64,000 nt of DNA from an uncultured Desulfospira sp. GTDB taxonomy: Bacteria > Desulfobacterota > Desulfobacteria > Desulfobacterales > Desulfobacteraceae. The number at the start of each line of letters is the position of its first letter. Position 1 is the first letter of the stretch. Shown one piece after another: positions 62,844 through 64,000 of the stretch. The stretch covers positions 2,176,001 to 2,240,000 of the forward strand of contig OY760175.1 in NCBI GenBank assembly GCA_963663165.1, written 5' to 3'. The translations under genes were made by a program, and so were the position numbers. Under the pieces are notes generated by a model. The model did not search any database. It saw only the letters and a list, made by a program, of their open reading frames with translations, and was not told the DNA's origin.

Positions 62844-63851
62844 TCACTTTAAAGAAATTTCAGTAAATATATCTAATCTTTTTTTAAACGTATTCAGATC
62901 CTTTTTAAATATCATATCCCTTTTTAATGCAAGCGGATTTGAAAAAAAAGGGTTGCCGCCCCGGTCCACGGTTACCGCCATTTGATATCCGGCCTCCTGG
63001 GCCAGTGCCATCACATGTGAATTGTAACGGCCGTAGGGGAATGAAAAAATCAGTGTATCCTGATTCAGCTTTTTATCAATCACATCTTTAGACAGGAAAA
63101 CTTCTTTGTAAAGTCTTTTTTTATAATCGTCCTGGGTTTCATCTTCTGTTTTTTTGGACAGGTCGCTGTGAGAGGTTGAATGAGAGCCGATATAGAATCC
63201 GTTTGCCTTGAGTGTCCGAAGATCCTCCCAGGTTACGGCCTCTTTGGATATGCCGATATAGTCGATGTAAACAAAAAGTGTTGCCGTAAATCCAAATTTC
63301 ATAAGGATGGGGGCGGCAATGGTAAAAGCCGATTTAAATCCGTCATCAATGGTGATCATTACGGCCTTTTTGGGAATCTGCCGGGAAAATTTCAAAAACC
63401 CCAAAAGGTCGGCAGGGGTGATGACCCGGTACCCGTTATCTTTAAGGTACTGCATCTGGGCTGTGAAAATGTCCGGCGGCGTGTTCAGCACTGATTTACG
63501 GCCCGGGCCGAATTTGTGATAACACAGAATCGGAACCTCCTGATACCCGTTCTCATACAGTCCCCCTAAATTTTTCTGCTTTAAGGGAATAACGATAAAG
63601 GGCAGATCGGAAAGGCCGTCGTTTGCGTCTTCTATTCGCCATACGTCGCCGGGATTGCCGTAATAATCGGCGGCCAGATCGGCCAGGCTTTTTGCCGTAT
63701 TTTTTTGGCACAACACATAGTCGGCTGACCGGTAACACCCATTAGCAGGCGCTTCTGTTCTTTGAACCGGTGGTGATGTTGACACGCATGATGAAAGGAC
63801 AGCCCAAAAAAACAGGAGGATCAATGTGGGCTTGCCGCAGGATATGTTCAA
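62844..63851 (-). CDS. Polysaccharide deacetylase (CE4/NodB) lipoprotein with degenerate LysM
   Basis: Lipobox LSSC; PILCYHK, ITIDDG, GSHSTSH, FSFPYG; N-terminal SLADLAADYYG..WRIEDAN. Confidence 0.88.
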   Translation of the reverse strand: MNISCGKPTLILLFFWAVLSSCVSTSPPVQRTEAPANGCYRSADYVLCQKNTAKSLADLAADYYGNPGDVWRIEDANDGLSDLPFIVIPLKQKNLGGLYENGYQEVPILCYHKFGPGRKSVLNTPPDIFTAQMQYLKDNGYRVITPADLLGFLKFSRQIPKKAVMITIDDGFKSAFTIAAPILMKFGFTATLFVYIDYIGISKEAVTWEDLRTLKANGFYIGSHSTSHSDLSKKTEDETQDDYKKRLYKEVFLSKDVIDKKLNQDTLIFSFPYGRYNSHVMALAQEAGYQMAVTVDRGGNPFFSNPLALKRDMIFKKDLNTFKKRLDIFTEISLK

Positions 63852-63971
63852 TTTTATAACCGCCTTAAAACCTTTTGTTTTTTATCCGGACCGACTTCTA
63901 TTCATACATGAATTTTCCCCATTCATCAAATCAAATCGCTACATGTGCTTTGAAACGGGGACAGAAACTCC

Positions 63972-64000
63972 AATAACGGCCACGGGCCGCCCTGGTTATC
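63972..64000 (-). repeat. Dispersed double-hairpin repeat, copy C (cut by window end)
   Basis: Reverse complement GATAACCAGG GCGGCC-CGT-GGCCGT TATT matches copies A and B. Confidence 0.6.

Overview
A 64-kb, mostly core-chromosome window. Gene content suggests a sulfate-reducing Desulfobacteraceae-type deltaproteobacterium (inference; not searched). Left to right: the end of an AT-rich surface-polysaccharide cluster (SDR epimerase, SqdB-like, 4,6-dehydratase, Wzz, fused WbpD-WbpE, WbpB, EPS-type MarR); OmpA/LPP20/DacB; folE2, ttcA, rpoZ, greA, psd, tsaB, lon, pilD, cheX, HU, PilZ, sbcB, rpsI/rplM; a long minus-strand run tolQRAB-pal-cpoB-ruvCAB that continues into a Helicobacter-like cell-shape quartet (Csd6-like L,D-peptidase, membrane scaffold, Csd4-like M99 peptidase, bactofilin); groESL, bS22, hflKC, dciA, tRNA-Ser(GGA), arfB; a pstC-A-S-B operon; a gene-poor 50.4-53.1 kb region with a candidate structured ncRNA and a sigma-54-type promoter ahead of a 59-aa ORF; TetR plus a CoA-transferase/GNAT fusion lacking its catalytic Glu; rlmD; and at the right end an uncharacterised module (Cys-rich, possibly kinase-like protein with repeated acidic TxxI/L motifs, a TagH-C-terminal-like protein, two LysM lipoproteins). 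No transposase, integrase, prophage or CRISPR array was seen. The intergenic DNA holds two MITE families with target-site duplications, a covarying double-hairpin repeat and several heptamer arrays. Protein calls come from motif recognition by eye.
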